DNA of 63,225 nucleotides, filler included, from Octopus bimaculoides (taxonomy: Eukaryota): the NCBI RefSeq assembly GCF_001194135.2. It is 8 parts of 7 records of this genome, joined end to end, with 100 filler letters (N's around TTAATTAATTAA, not from the genome) between each part and the next. Parts side by side here need not be neighbours in the genome. Positions count along the whole stretch, not along the records: positions 1 to 26,663 come from NC_068995.1; 7 more parts are not named here. One strand, 5' to 3'. Under the pieces are notes generated by a model. It did not search any database and was not told where the DNA came from. It worked only from the letters and a program-made list of their open reading frames with translations. Positions 13,229-25,760 of the stretch are shown here, piece after piece. The position numbers and the translations under genes are program-made. Every line of letters starts with the position of its first letter. Positions within the stretch are counted from its first letter, which is position 1.

Positions 13229-13320
13229 TAATGTACACATATGGTGCAATCTGCAAGCTGCAATTTCCAGTGTGCAATTTTCCACTTTTGACGTTTGATT
13301 CTGATCAAACGTCGACTTTT
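13229..13320 (-). CDS. Candidate exon E9 of putative iGluR-like gene: (E)KSTFDQNQTSKVENCTLEIAACRLHHMCTL
   Basis: Acceptor ...gtaatttaatag|, donor TTA|gtaaag; phase 1 start matches E8. FDQN....N.TL.I recalls AMPA-receptor ATD 'KFDQNGKRINYTINI' (recalled sequence, by-eye). Confidence 0.4.
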
Positions 13321-14111
13321 CTATTAAATTACATTTCAAACATTCCAGAAATGAGAGATGACGTACCAAGACGATGATCACGTGCGAGGTTTAGTGTGAG
13401 TTATCTTAAGGTTAGATTTGTGATGGTGGTGGTGAGTGTGTGTGTGTGTGTGTNNNNNNNNNNNNNNNNNNNNNNNNNNNNNNNNNNNNNNNNNNNNNNN
13501 NNNNNNNNNNNNNNNNNNNNNNNNNNNNNNNNNNNNNNNNNNNNNNNNNNNNNNNNNNNNNNNNNNNNNNNNNNNNNNNNNNNNNNNNNNNNNNNNNNNN
13601 NNNNNNNNNNNNNNNNNNNNNNNNNNNNNNNNNNNNNNNNNNNNNNNNNNNNNNNNNNNNNNNNNNNNNNNNNNNNNNNNNNNNNNNNNNNNNNNNNNNN
13701 NNNNNNNNNNNNNNNNNNNNNNNNNNNNNNNNNNNNNNNNNNNNNNNNNNNNNNNNNNNNNNNNNNNNNNNNNNNNNNNNNNNNNNNNNNNNNNNNNNNN
13801 NNNNNNNNNNNNNNNNNNNNNNNNNNNNNNNNNNNNNNNNNNNNNNNNNNNNNNNNNNNNNNNNNNNNNNNNNNNNNNNNNNNNNNNNNNNNNNNNNNNN
13901 NNNNNNNNNNNNNNNNNNNNNNTATATATATATATATATATGTATGTATATATGATGATTGCCAATTCTTTACAGAAGAAGGCCATCTCTTCAATTACTA
14001 AATACTGTCATGCGATTTTATTTGACTAACAAGTCCTGATCTTGACAAATAAACTCTACTGCTTACCTTACAAATATTCTAAAGCAGAAAAGTGCCTGGG
14101 ATTGTAGTGAA

Positions 14112-14318
14112 GTCTTGTCTACGAAGTGCTCGTTCCAAGATAGATTGTTCAATTCTTCGAGCTTCAAATGCCTCTCATCTATCGTAAATGATTTGTTTCC
14201 AAACCGATCGATCCTGCGTCATCTGCTGTTAGTTTTCAACTTTCACATTAAGAGCCTAAATGTTACTTTTGACAGCATCCCTAAAACGTTTCTTAGGGTT
14301 ATATCACGGACGTTTGCC
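14112..14318 (-). pseudogene. RTE-clade LINE ORF C-terminal fragment (decayed)
   Basis: GKRP*YNPKKRFRDAVKSNI*ALNVKVEN*QQMTQDRSVWKQII..EAFEARRIE matches the RTE post-RT motif G.R..GRP..R..D......W...A.DR..W; in-frame stops. Confidence 0.75.
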
Positions 14319-14428
14319 ACGACTGTGTATTCTGCATTCTCACCTGAAACTCTGAAATATGTGTGCGTATATGTATACATACATATAAGAATTCATTATT
14401 ATATATCTTGCTATGTATTTTTCTACAG

Positions 14429-14714
14429 CAGGGGTTTTCAAACTGTGGTCCGCGGACCACAGGGGGTCCGCAAGGACAAGACAGGGGGTCCGTAGACAGC
14501 AAATAATTTTTATGGGCAATTTGATTTTATATATGTTTTTTAATCGAAATCTTTTAATTGACAATAAACCTATTTGTTAAATACTGTTAAATAAATAAAT
14601 GTAAAAATATATGTTATTTTAAGCAAATATTTATGTGTAAATTTCATAAGCGTTTATAAGGGTAAAGCCTGAAATATAAAGGGGTCCGCAAGTCAAAAAG
14701 TTTGAAAACCCCTG
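14429..14714. mobile_element. hAT-superfamily (Charlie-like) MITE, 286 bp
   Basis: Perfect 16-bp TIRs caggggttttcaaact / agtttgaaaacccctg; 8-bp TSD ttctacag / ctctacag (1 mismatch); subterminal ggggtccg repeats. Confidence 0.92.
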
Positions 14715-14800
14715 CTCTACAGTGTTCTTAACACAACATTTATACGAATATTTTACTCTAAAAAAAAACGTACACGTGCTGCACACACAAACATATAAGC

Positions 14801-14851
<51 letters not shown>

Positions 14852-15865
14852 ATACACACATTCTATTTATCTGTACAGAAACATATTTGCGATATAGATA
14901 TAAAAATATGCCTTTATCTCGCTCGCTTTGTAAACACATACACACGCGCGCGCGCATGCTTACATATACACCCAGATATGTGTCGATAACTGTGTGCTTG
15001 CAGTGTATGTGTTGTCTGTGTATGTGCTAGTTATCTGTACGGTATATTTGTAGAAAAATGTTCCACAATATATATGTAGGCGTCAATGTGAAGTACCACC
15101 CATTATTCCAAACAAAACCTTCGCGCTATCTCTTCCAACAGAAGAAAAACTCGGTAAATCTGAAACAACAAAAACAAAAACAAAACAACAAAAGCAAAAA
15201 ATTGTTCCTCATCACAGGAATAACATAAACAACAGCAACAGCAGCGGCGGCAGCAGTTTTAGGTCAAATAACCAGATTTCATTGTACCAGAGATATCTAC
15301 AAGAACATGGCCAAAGTAAACTCACGACGACGACGACCACCACCACCACCACCACCACCATGTATCGAGTAGCCCTCCTTATGATCACTCGATTCGCTAG
15401 AAATAATTGCTAATTATCCCACAGATCCCTTACCGTCATTGGAGAAAGGAAGAATATATAATGTGATTCTTCGCGCACTTCAGACGTGGTGGTTACGGTT
15501 AGAATGCTAAATCGGGAATGATCTGGAGCTAAACCACAAGAATCCCACTCGAAAACAAAATAAAATAGAAAAAGAGGTAGCTCTCAATCCACTAGAAAGA
15601 GCAGCCAGATCTCCCAACATTCATAACTCTACTGCATTTTGAAAGGTACATATTGCATGGTATAGTCCTAGATACACGTTTCCAGAACAAAACAACAGGA
15701 CAGTCATGGCTGGAAAACATTTCGTAATACATATCTGCTTTATAAGTGATTAACTAACTGGTTACAACGACGAGTATTCCTGTTAATCTGATTAACGGAA
15801 CGGCCTGCTTGTGGAAATTAACGTGGAAGAAGTTGAGCACTCCACAGACACGCATAGTTCTCAGG

Positions 15866-16235
15866 GAGATATTTCGTCTGCCGCTACGTTCTGAGTTCAA
15901 ATTCCACCGAGGTCAACTTTGCCTTTCACACTTTGGGGGTCACTGAAATAAGTAGCAGTTGAGTACTGGGGTCGATGTAATCGACTATCCCCCTCCCCCA
16001 AATTTCAGACCTTGTGCCTAAAGGGAAAAGGGTTATTAGAGCTTCGGAAGTCGATGAGCTGGCAGAATCGTTAGCGCGCTTGACGAAATGCTTAGCGGTA
16101 TTTCGCCCGTCGCAACGTCCTGAGTTCAAATTCCGCCGAGGTCTACTTTGCCTTTCATCCTTTCGAAGTCGATAAAATAAGTACCAGTTGTACACTGGGA
16201 TCGATGTAATCGACTCATCCCCTCCCCCAGAGCTT
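15866..16235 (+). mobile_element. Two tandem family-B SINEs (central domain resembling Meta/MESC-type SINEs)
   Basis: Both contain gttcaaattcc.ccgaggtc.actttgcctttca..ctt...ggtc.at.aaataagta.cagtt; the second keeps the head gagctggcagaatcgttagc. Superfamily assignment is from memory. Confidence 0.8.
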
Positions 16236-16957
16236 CGGTTTAAATGTCATGGAGTATTTCTTCGCACTCCTTACGTTTTGGTTTCGAAATCGTCCTTGGT
16301 CATCTATATGTTTCCTTTCTTCAAGGTAGTAAGCAAGGTTGAGCCAAGAACTGTAGCTCCATTTATGGGTTGATTTGATTTCGGTCAAAATAGCCCAGTC
16401 TATGTAGAGTGGATCAGTAAAATCGATAAAATCTATCCCCAATTCTTGAAAAGATATTTTATTTTATCGATTCTAGAAGTATGGAAGACAACGTTTATCT
16501 CAGCGGAAACTGATCTCGAAATATAATGAGTTTCAATAAATAATGATTGTTATTTTGTTTGCCGCTTTAAGGATTGAGCTAAACTACGGCACCTACAAGA
16601 AATATGTCAGCTAAAAAAAAAAAAAAAAAACCGGCCGAAGTCACCTTTGCTTTTTCATGTCTCCGGGGGTCGATGCAATTAACGAACCTAGCCTTATGCC
16701 TATATAAATGTTATGAAATAAATTTTACTGACTACTCGGAGGGTGAATGGAATTTTTATTCATATAAAATAAAGTTTTATTGTGTTTTCCATAAGGACAG
16801 AATTTGTGTGTTTCTAAATTTAAAATGGTATCTAAGACATTATGTATAACACTACCATCTTCTATAATTCTAAAATCCATTTTCTTTAAATAATTTTTAT
16901 TGGATCTGTCATAAATCAATATAATTCATGACTTTATGTTGCACGACAGTAACAAAC

Positions 16958-16995
16958 CGTCGTGTCGATAAACTTCAGCTTTCAATGCAGGACAT
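16958..16995 (-). CDS. Candidate exon E8 (38 nt): (R)CPALKAEVYRHD(E)
   Basis: Acceptor gaaattatatttcag|, donor G|gtttgt; only one open frame, phase 2 to phase 1, compatible with E7 and E9; ALK aligns to AMPA 'ERALKQV'. Confidence 0.4.
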
Positions 16996-17108
16996 CTGAA
17001 ATATAATTTCGAAAATCTTGCATTTAAAGAACGAACCATGGCTGAACCACGTGACATAATTTCACATCAAGACTAAATATGTTTATTAAACAATAAATAC
17101 AACACCGT

Positions 17109-17474
17109 GGAGGCGCAATGGCCCAGTGGTTAAGACAGCGGACTCGCGATCATAAGACCGCGGTTTCGATTCCCAGACGGGACGTTGTGAGTGTTTATTG
17201 AGCGAAAACACCTGAAGTTCCACGAGGCTCCGGCAGGGGATGGTGGCGAACCCTGCTGTACTCTTTCACCACAACTTTCTCTTACTTCCTGTTTCTGTTG
17301 TGCCTGTAATTCAAAAGGGTCAGCCTTATCACACTGTGTCACGCTGAATATCCCCGAGAACTACGTTAAGGGTACACGTGTCTGTGGAGTGCTCAGCCAC
17401 TTGCACGTTAATTTCACGAGCAGGCTGTTCCGTCGATCGGATCAACTGGAACCCTCGACGGAGTGCTGTCACAC
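17109..17474 (+). mobile_element. Full-length young tRNA-derived SINE, family C, with 10-bp TSD
   Basis: A-box tggcccagtgg, B-box gtttcgattccc; TSD acaacaccgt at 17099-17108 and 17475-17484; highly similar to 25379-25760. Confidence 0.92.
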
Positions 17475-18052
17475 ACAACACCGTATACATATTCATTCAC
17501 AACACACGCAGCGTTGGTTCTATAGTTACCAAGTTTTCTTAGTTTAGCACTAAGGTGCAACAACAGAAGCAATTTTCTTTAGTTTATTTTAGTGACAACA
17601 TCCCAGGTCATTCTGGAGCATTTTCTTTGATGTGTACTAAGTTTGGGTTTAAACTATACTGCAAACCATAGTTAATATAAATATATTTGTATTGAGTTCT
17701 GTAAATGATGCTGGTATCGTAAACTAACGTTTCGTTTTGTGTTCGGTATTTTGAAATTTACTTCGGCAGCAACTACAATAAAATGACACCTCATGTATCG
17801 GCTATTACATCAAAAAAAGCCCCAAACTAAACTACCTCCTCATAGAAAACTGTTCCTTTACAAAATTTAACAATCTTCCCACTAAAAAAAAAAAAAATGA
17901 AAATATTGTTGGTACTAGAGCTAACAAGCAATTTATGACAGCTGGGATGAGTAGACAACGAAAACATACATCATAATGTGTGTGTATGTGTGATTGCGTG
18001 TGTATGCATATAGAAGCATAGACACACACAGATACACGCACGCGCATATATT

Positions 18053-18089
<37 letters not shown>

Positions 18090-18589
18090 GTGTATGAATG
18101 TATGTCTGTGTATCTGTACGAATATAAACACATCTATATATCAATTCACACACACATACACACGCATGTGCACATAACACACACTTGTGTATGGAAATAC
18201 TCATGCACACACGATTCATATCTCTGAGAATTTAATTTATTCATGCAGTATTTGTCCCACAAGTGCGTCAGGTTCTGCAATAATCAAACATGTTTAAATA
18301 ATGTCTTACTTCTGGGAAAGAGATTCAATATATTCGTTGTTGCTGCTACCGCTGCTACTGTTGTTGTCGTTTTTGCTGCTGCTGCTGCTGCTGCCCTTTA
18401 AATGCTTGAAGAACTTGAGAAGGCGTCGACTCCTATCTATTATTATTACAAGTTTCGACATAGTTATGTGGGGTGGGGGAGGAGAATAAAGGCTGAGCGG
18501 GTAGGGAGTGAGATGTAAGGTAGCAGGGTGGAGGTTATACGATGTGGAGATTCCGGGCGATAAAAATAACAAAACCACGACGATGACAA

Positions 18590-18998
18590 TTATTCTTTCT
18601 ACTGGAGGCACGAGGCCTGAACATTTTGTAGAAGGGTTAGTCAATTACATCGACTTCAGTACTCAACTGGTAATTATTTTATCGATCCCGAAAGGATAAA
18701 AGACAAAGTCGACCTCGGTAGCATTTAAACTCAGAACGTAAAGANNNNNNNNNNNNNNNNNNNNNNNNNNNNNNNNNNNNNNNNNNNNNNNNNNNNNNNN
18801 NNNNNNNNNNNNNNNNNNNNNNNNNNNNNNNNNNNNNNNNNNNNNNNNNNNNNNNNNNNNNNNNNNNNNNNNNNNNNNNNNNNNNNNNNNNNNNNNNNNN
18901 NNNNGGCATGCTAACGCAACTGCCAAATCGTCCGGCATGCTAACGCTACTGCCAAATCATCATTATCATCATCAATGATGATGATGATGATGATGATG

Positions 18999-19048
<50 letters not shown>

Positions 19049-19262
19049 TATTATTATTATTATTATGATAATTATGATTCCAAATTTTGGCACAAGACCA
19101 GCAATTTCGGGGGCAGGGTATGTCAATTACATCGACCCCAGTACTCAATTGGTATTTATTTTATCGAACTCGAAAGGGATGAAAGGCAAAGTCAACCTCG
19201 GCGGAATATTAATTCAGACGGTAATATCAGAAGAATGCCGCTAGCGGTTCTGCCAGATACCT
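18590..19262 (-). mobile_element. Two family-B SINE copies (18590-~18960 across a gap; 19075-19262) with (GAT)n/(AAT)n between them
   Basis: rc core tttatcga.cccgaaagg.t.aaag.caaagtc.acctcgg in both. Confidence 0.8.
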
Positions 19263-19284
19263 TTAATAATAATCTGTTCAATAC

Positions 19285-19780
19285 CACATTGGTATAAAAG
19301 ATGGGCTACAGCAAATATTCTACTCAGTACTACAGATTTGCTTGTCAGTTGTTTGACCTTAACCAGTTGAGCATGTCCCTTAGTAGCTGATGATATGTGC
19401 ATCTCTGATCATGAGCAGAAGTAGTGGGGAGCATCATAGCCATGTGTTGAAAGAAATTCCTTGGGGGTTGGACAATTCACCTTTGGAAACATGAGTGTTT
19501 CGTTCAACATACATAAACAACCCTTATTCAGGGACCATTTGAGAGGGCTGGGCTACTCAACCTGACGAAAATTTTAACTGGGTCCCACCTGCAAGTTCAC
19601 GCGCTGTTTATCTTGATATGAGATCACCATATCGCGCACATATGGTTGTGATGCATGTGCCTGGTGTACCCTTATCAGATGTCATGATGGGTATAATGGG
19701 CTTTGTATATTTTACTTCAGTGTCACTTTGATGGCATGCACTGCTCTCTCAATCAATAATAATAATAATAATAATAATAA
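19285..19780 (+). mobile_element. Probable interspersed retroelement 3' region ending in an (AAT)n tail
   Basis: About 480 bp of complex sequence ending ctctctcaatc(aat)n, typical of non-LTR tails; recalled as a recurrent octopus repeat; single copy here, not verified. Confidence 0.5.
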
Positions 19781-20355
19781 TGCTTTCCGCCAGAGAGACT
19801 CTATTCAAATCCCTCCAGCCAAGCAGCTGACCAACAAGGAATTCACTATGTCGTTGCTTGTCCTGCTAGAGATAGTAGATAAATCTCCCTGAAATCATGC
19901 TTTGTTGTCTCAAATAAAGACAAGGCGATCACAGTTGGATAAGTCGGACTTTGGAATTAAGCAACAGCAAAGACCTAACCAATCATGCAACATAAAGATC
20001 TAACAACCAGCCAACCAATTAATCAACGGCGCAGACTATTTACATGGTCTATTGACCTGCTAAAAATAGCAGTCAAGTTTCACTTTCAATCACTGAACAA
20101 TCTTTAGAAGGTAGGGAAATTCGAGGACACACACGCTAACGTTGACCTAGATACATTATGCTGGAAAATATTATGGGAAGGTCATGGGAGGAAAACATTA
20201 CTCGTGGGTTTGCTCTGTAGGGGTCTGTCCTTGAGAGGCTAGAAGACAACATCAGCAACAACCAATATGGCTACCCATTTGTTTCTTTACAACCTAATCT
20301 AATCCAAGAATCTAATTCAAAATAACTTCATTTTATCAGCACCAACAGAACAAAC

Positions 20356-20454
20356 CTGCCCTTCTCCACTCTCTCTTGGATTCCGGAAGATACCATGTAT
20401 CGTTTTGTGGTTTCGTTTTTCCTTATCCCAAGCGGATTCTTGTCTTTGCAATTT
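20356..20454 (-). CDS. Candidate exon E7 (99 nt): (R)NCKDKNPLGIRKNETTKRYMVSSGIQERVEKG(R)
   Basis: Long (TTTTG)n polypyrimidine tract, acceptor cgctag|, donor CAG|gtttgt. The phase 2/2 frame links E6 and E8; C...NP recalls AMPA 'GDCLANP'. A second frame (KLQRQESAW...) is also open. Confidence 0.45.
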
Positions 20455-21364
20455 CTAGCGATGCGGAAGTTGGAACAGGAAAACAAACAAAACAAAACAA
20501 AACAAAAAACAGAAAGATCCGACAAATAAAACCAAACGCATGATTGAATACAAAATACCACCCCAAGCACAAAGCCACGACCACCACTACTACGACTACC
20601 GATACCATCCCCACACTACTAAGTCACTTGACTAGCTAGAAATAGCAGCCAAATATCCTTGCAATTAGAGCCTGCCGTCTTGAAAAAGTCATGTTGAATG
20701 TGGTTCTGTGTTCCTTGCATATATATANNNNNNNNNNNNNNNNNNNNNNNNNNNNNNNNNNNNNNNNNNNNNNNNNNNNNNNNNNNNNNNNNNNNNNNNN
20801 NNNNNNNNNNNNNNNNNNNNNNNNNNNNNNNNNNNNNNNNNNNNNNNNNNNNNNNNNNNNNNNNNNNNNNNNNNNNNNNNNNNNNNNNNNNNNNNNNNNN
20901 NNNNNNNNNNNNNNNNNNNNNNNNNNNNNNNNNNNNNNNNNNNNNNNNNNNNNNNNNNNNNNNNNNNNNNNNNNNNNNNNNNNNNNNNNNNNNNNNNNNN
21001 NNNNNNNNNNNNNNNNNNNNNNNNNNNNNNNNNNNNNNNNNNNNNNNNNNNNNNNNNNNNNNNNNNNNNNNNNNNNNNNNNNNNNNNNNACGCAATGGCC
21101 ACGGTTGGAATATCTATGGCTGAATCAAGGTTGGTCTAAGTCTAATCAAACTTATTGCCCTGAAATCGAGGGACTACGTAGGAGTTTCCCCGTGGCTCGG
21201 GATTTCAGATTGTTAGCATTGTTAGTATGTACACATACGCGAGCGCACGCACACACTCACCCCCACCCCCATCTTTTATTTTCCCTTTCACCTGTTTCAG
21301 TCAATAGACATGATGCCGTACAACCTTGAAGAATTTTTAGTGGCATGAATCGACCCCCCCCCCA

Positions 21365-21500
21365 GGACTTGCTTTCATTTATAAGCCTGGTACTTCTTCT
21401 AGCGGTCTCTTCTGTTGAACCGTTAAGTTACGATGTGATAAACACATCCATACAGGTTATCAAGCGGTGGTGGTGGGGGAGAAATACAGACACAAAACAC
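21365..21500 (-). mobile_element. Family-A SINE tail fragment
   Basis: gaaccgttaagttacg...taaacaca...caagcggtggtggtggggga. Confidence 0.75.
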
Positions 21501-21941
21501 ACACAAACTACACAAATGTTTACACAAACTACACACAGACACACACACACACACACGTGTATGTATTGTTGCTGTTGTTGTTGTTATTGTTGTCATTGAA
21601 TGTGGTAGGTGTTGTTTATCTAGTTATGTTTCATGTTGTCTCAGATTCTGTAATAATCCCCTATCAAACTGCCATTACCCACCGCTAGTAACCTACCCCG
21701 TCCCCATCCAACAACCATGTAAAAAAAAAAGACGATACTTGCCTTTGATGTATCAGGGTAACCTGTGGTTTTGTGTGTGGTTACCCCAAAAATTATCTTA
21801 CGTGTTTGGTTCCTTCTTTTTCTGGACCCTATTTCATGTTGAAATTATACTGTTATCTTTCGCTTTCGCTTTTTGTTGTTTTCTCATTTTGTTTTTTAAC
21901 TCAACCCACCCGCTGGTGTTGTAGTTTGTCTTGGTACTGTC

Positions 21942-21980
<39 letters not shown>

Positions 21981-22213
21981 GTTGTTGTTGTTGTTGTTGT
22001 TGTTATTATTTGTTCTTGTCCATTGATGACTTAAGTAAACACTGGAAACTTAGACGATTGAAGCAAAGAAAACGAGTGTCTCTACCAAGTAAGCATAAAT
22101 ATTTAATCGCTTACATTCCCAACCACCCACCTTCTCTAACTTATTTCTCTCCACCCACCCGTTTGTCTTTTTATCGAAGTAACTTTTAAATTACTGTAAA
22201 AGACAATCCTATT

Positions 22214-22215
<2 letters not shown>

Positions 22216-22259
<44 letters not shown>

Positions 22260-22544
22260 TTCCCTGTCCAAGTTTATTTTTCCGAAATGACATTCAATTT
22301 TATTTTGCGTAAAATCACCAGACACCACATCAGCTGTGGAGGGATTGCTCGGATTCAAACAAATTCCAAAACCATCACAATATGAATTAAAACATTTCTC
22401 TCTCTTTCTCTTTCTCTTTCTCTCCTTCCCTCTATCTCTGTCTCTGTGTGAGCATGTGTGCGTATAAGACAGATAGATAGATAGAGAGCGCGAGATAGAG
22501 AAAGAAAGAGAGAGAGAGAGAGAGACAAACAAACAGATGGACAT

Positions 22545-22600
<56 letters not shown>

Positions 22601-22700
22601 CTAGACAGACAGATAGATAGACAGACATACTGACAGACAGACAAACAGACAGATAGACAGAGAAATAGATAGACAGACAGATAAATAGAATGATAGATAG
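22216..22700. repeat. Compound (CT)n, (AG)n, (AGAT)n/(AGAC)n microsatellite region
   Basis: Direct reading. Confidence 0.9.
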
Positions 22701-22879
22701 ATACTGCCCAGTTTAACCCTAGTACTTGATATCGGCTGTATTGAGTGAAGTACAGTTTAACACACATTCATACTAAACACTCGAATTTCCGGTGATAGTG
22801 GTGGTGGTTTGGACAGTGATGACGCTTGTGATGAAGATAGTCGTAGTGGTAGTAATGGTGGAGATAGTGGTGGTTGTGG

Positions 22880-23505
22880 GGATGATGAGGGCCAAGAGGT
22901 TTTGCGAGGAGACGAAGGCGATCACATCTCATCCAGTTCTTGACCGGTCCTTATTTCATCGACCTGTATATGATAACAGCAGCTTCGATCTCTTCAGAAT
23001 TTGAACCCAGAACAAACTGACGAAATGCCGCTAAGCATTTTGCCCGGCGTACCAACGATTCTGCCAGCTCACCGCCTTAATAATAATAATAAAAACCCTT
23101 TCTACTATAGCCACAAGGTTAGAAGTCTTGCAGGAGGGAGCAAGTCGATTACATCGACCCCAGTATATAACTGGTTCTTATTTCATCGACCCCAAAAGAA
23201 GGAATGGCAATGTTGATCTCGGCGTATATGAACTCAGAACATAAGAACGGACGAAATGCCGCTAAGCATTTTGTCCGGCGTGCTAAATAATGGTTTCAAA
23301 TTTTGCCACAATTGTGGGAGGAGGGGATGAGTCGATTCATCGACCACAGAGTTTAACTGGTACAAATAAGTACCAGTATCGATCCCGAAAGGATGAAAGA
23401 TAAAGACGACCTCGGCGGAATTTGAACTCAGAACGTTGCAACGGGCGAAATATCGCTAAGCATTTTGTCCAGCGTGCTAACGATTCTGCCAGCACGCCAC
23501 CTTAC
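22880..23505 (-). mobile_element. Three head-to-tail family-B SINE copies
   Basis: Three occurrences of gaa.t.agaac...gaaat..cgctaagcatttg.c.ggcgt at about 23000-23078, 23230-23285 and 23420-23500. Confidence 0.85.
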
Positions 23506-23519
23506 GGCGTGCTAAATAG

Positions 23520-23586
23520 TGATGATAATAATAATAATGACGATGTTGACGGTGATGCTGATGATCTTCACGATGATGATGATGAC

Positions 23587-23627
<41 letters not shown>

Positions 23628-24422
23628 CGATTTTGGTGAGGATGAAGCTGACGATGATGAAGTTGACGATGACGAAATTGACAATGACGATGATGTTGAC
23701 GATGATGACGATGACGGTGTTGACGATGGTTATGATGGCATGTTTACTATGATGGATAGTGATGTTGTTGTCAGTGTTTGTGCTGATGATGATGGTATAG
23801 TTGTGTTGACGACGACGACGACGACGACGACGATGATGATGATGATGATGATGAGGCGGATGATAAGGATGGTTGTAAACATGGTGGTGTTTGTGGTAGT
23901 GGTTGTACTGATAATAGGAATGCTTATGACGATGATAATGATGGTGACTACTATAATTATGGTGATGTTGACGATGGTGATGATGATGATTGTAAGTTTA
24001 CAGTTATCCGAAATGATTAATTACTTTGAGTGCAAAATCCCCATCTAACTCCCTGCCCCTTCCCTTAATTTTTCAGAACAAGAAATTAGGGAAGGGTTCT
24101 TACTGGATTGATGTCTTTTTGTTATTGTTGTTGTGTTGGCGGTTGTGGGAGTGGTGGTGGTGATGGTAATCGTAGTGGTTGTAGTGGTGGAGATGGTTGT
24201 GGTGGTGGCTGTAGTGGTGGTGAGTGATTGTGGTTGTGGTGGTGGTGGTGGTGATGGTTGTAGTGGAGGCGACGGTTGTGGTGGTGGTGGTTTAGTGGTC
24301 GTGTAGTGGTTGTTGTGGTGGTTACTGTGGTAACTGAATGTGATGTGTGATGTAGTTCTAACCCAGTTGCTGGTCATGGTGGTAGTGTCAGTGGTGGTTG
24401 TAGACAAATGAGTAGTAGCAGT

Positions 24423-24500
<78 letters not shown>
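23520..24500. repeat. About 1 kb compound trinucleotide field: (GAT/GAC)n, (GGT)n, (AGC)n, (AGT)n
   Basis: Direct reading; explains the poly-D, poly-M and poly-T ORFs. Confidence 0.92.
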
Positions 24501-24502
<2 letters not shown>

Positions 24503-24810
24503 GAAAATGGTAGTAGTGAGTGTAGTAGTTTTAAAGTAGTCCATCCTTGATAGTGAGACCGGTCGTGAATTTGCTGTAGTAGTAGTAGTAGGACCTGATC
24601 GAACAAAGCCTGTGTTTAAAGGCTCTCCAGTCGTGACCATCTCGTCTTTTATTCAGACACATTTTGCCAGACATTACATTAAATTTGCACATTTTTCCGA
24701 CTCGGCATTGCAAGCTAAATCTTGCAGATCGAGCAATTGTCTTCAAGCCACCACCCGAACAGATATTGCCATTGTTAGTTTGGTTGATATTATTGATATT
24801 GTTGTTGTTA

Positions 24811-25325
24811 AGGTGGCGAACTGGCAGAACCGTTAGCATATCGGACAAAATGCTTGGCAGCATTTCTTCCGTGTTTACATTCTGAGTTCATATTCCACCG
24901 AGGTCGATTTTACCTTCCATCCTTTCTGGATCGATAAAATAAATACCAGTAGAGTATCGAGCTCGGTGTAATCGACTTACCACTTACCCCAAAATTACTG
25001 GCCTCGTACCAAGATTTGAAGTCATCATTGATGTTATTGTTGTTGTTGTTGTTGTTGTTATTCTGGTTACTATTAATGTGATTGTGGTGTTGATATTGTC
25101 ACTATCGTTAAGACGGCGAACAGACTCACGTGAATATGCAAAAACAACAACAACAAAAATGGAGAAAAATGCTTTGTAATATTTAAACTGTTAGTTCGAA
25201 TCACACCGAGATGAACTTTGCCCTTCATCCCTACACGGTTGATAAAATATAATACCTGTCATATACTGAGGTCGGTGATATTGGCCATCATTGAAAATCG
25301 CTCGGTTTTGTGCTTCAATTAGAAA
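24811..25325 (+). mobile_element. Two family-B SINE copies (24811-25022; degenerate 25110-25325)
   Basis: aaggtggcgaactggcagaaccgttagc...ccgaggtcgattttaccttccatcctttctggatcgataaaataaataccagt. Confidence 0.75.
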
Positions 25326-25378
25326 ACACTGTAGCTGAAGTTGCTGTTGTCTTTACAGCTTTTGTTATGTTGCTGTGT

Positions 25379-25760
25379 GGAGGCGCAATGGCCCAGTGGT
25401 TAGGGCAGCAGACTCGCGGTCATAGGATCGCGGTTTCGATTCCCAGACCGGGCGTTGTGAGTGTTTATTGAGCGAAAACACTTAAAGCTCCACGAGGCTC
25501 CGGCAGGGGATGGTGGCGAACCCTGCTGTACTCTTTCACCACAACCTTCTCTCACTCTTACTTCCTGTTTCTGTTGTGCCTGTAATTCAAAGGGTCAGCC
25601 TTGTCACACTCTGTGTCACGCTGAATATCCCCGAGAACTACGTTAAAGGTACACGTGTCTGTGGAGTGCTCAGCCACTTGCACGCTAATTTCACGAGCAG
25701 GCTGTTCCGTTGATCGGATCAACTGGAACCCTCGACGTCGTAAGCGACGGAGTGCCAACA
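25379..25760 (+). mobile_element. Full-length family-C tRNA-derived SINE
   Basis: Near-identical to 17109-17474; ends gtcgtaagcgacggagtgccaacaac. Confidence 0.92.

Noticed and set aside
17109-17185. tRNA-like A/B boxes as a tRNA gene
   Set aside because: Continues into about 290 bp of SINE body with TSD and has a near-identical copy; a SINE head, not a tRNA.
23422-24048. 208-aa ORF with poly-Asp, poly-Thr and poly-Met
   Set aside because: Translation of a SINE head plus (GAT/GAC)n microsatellite.
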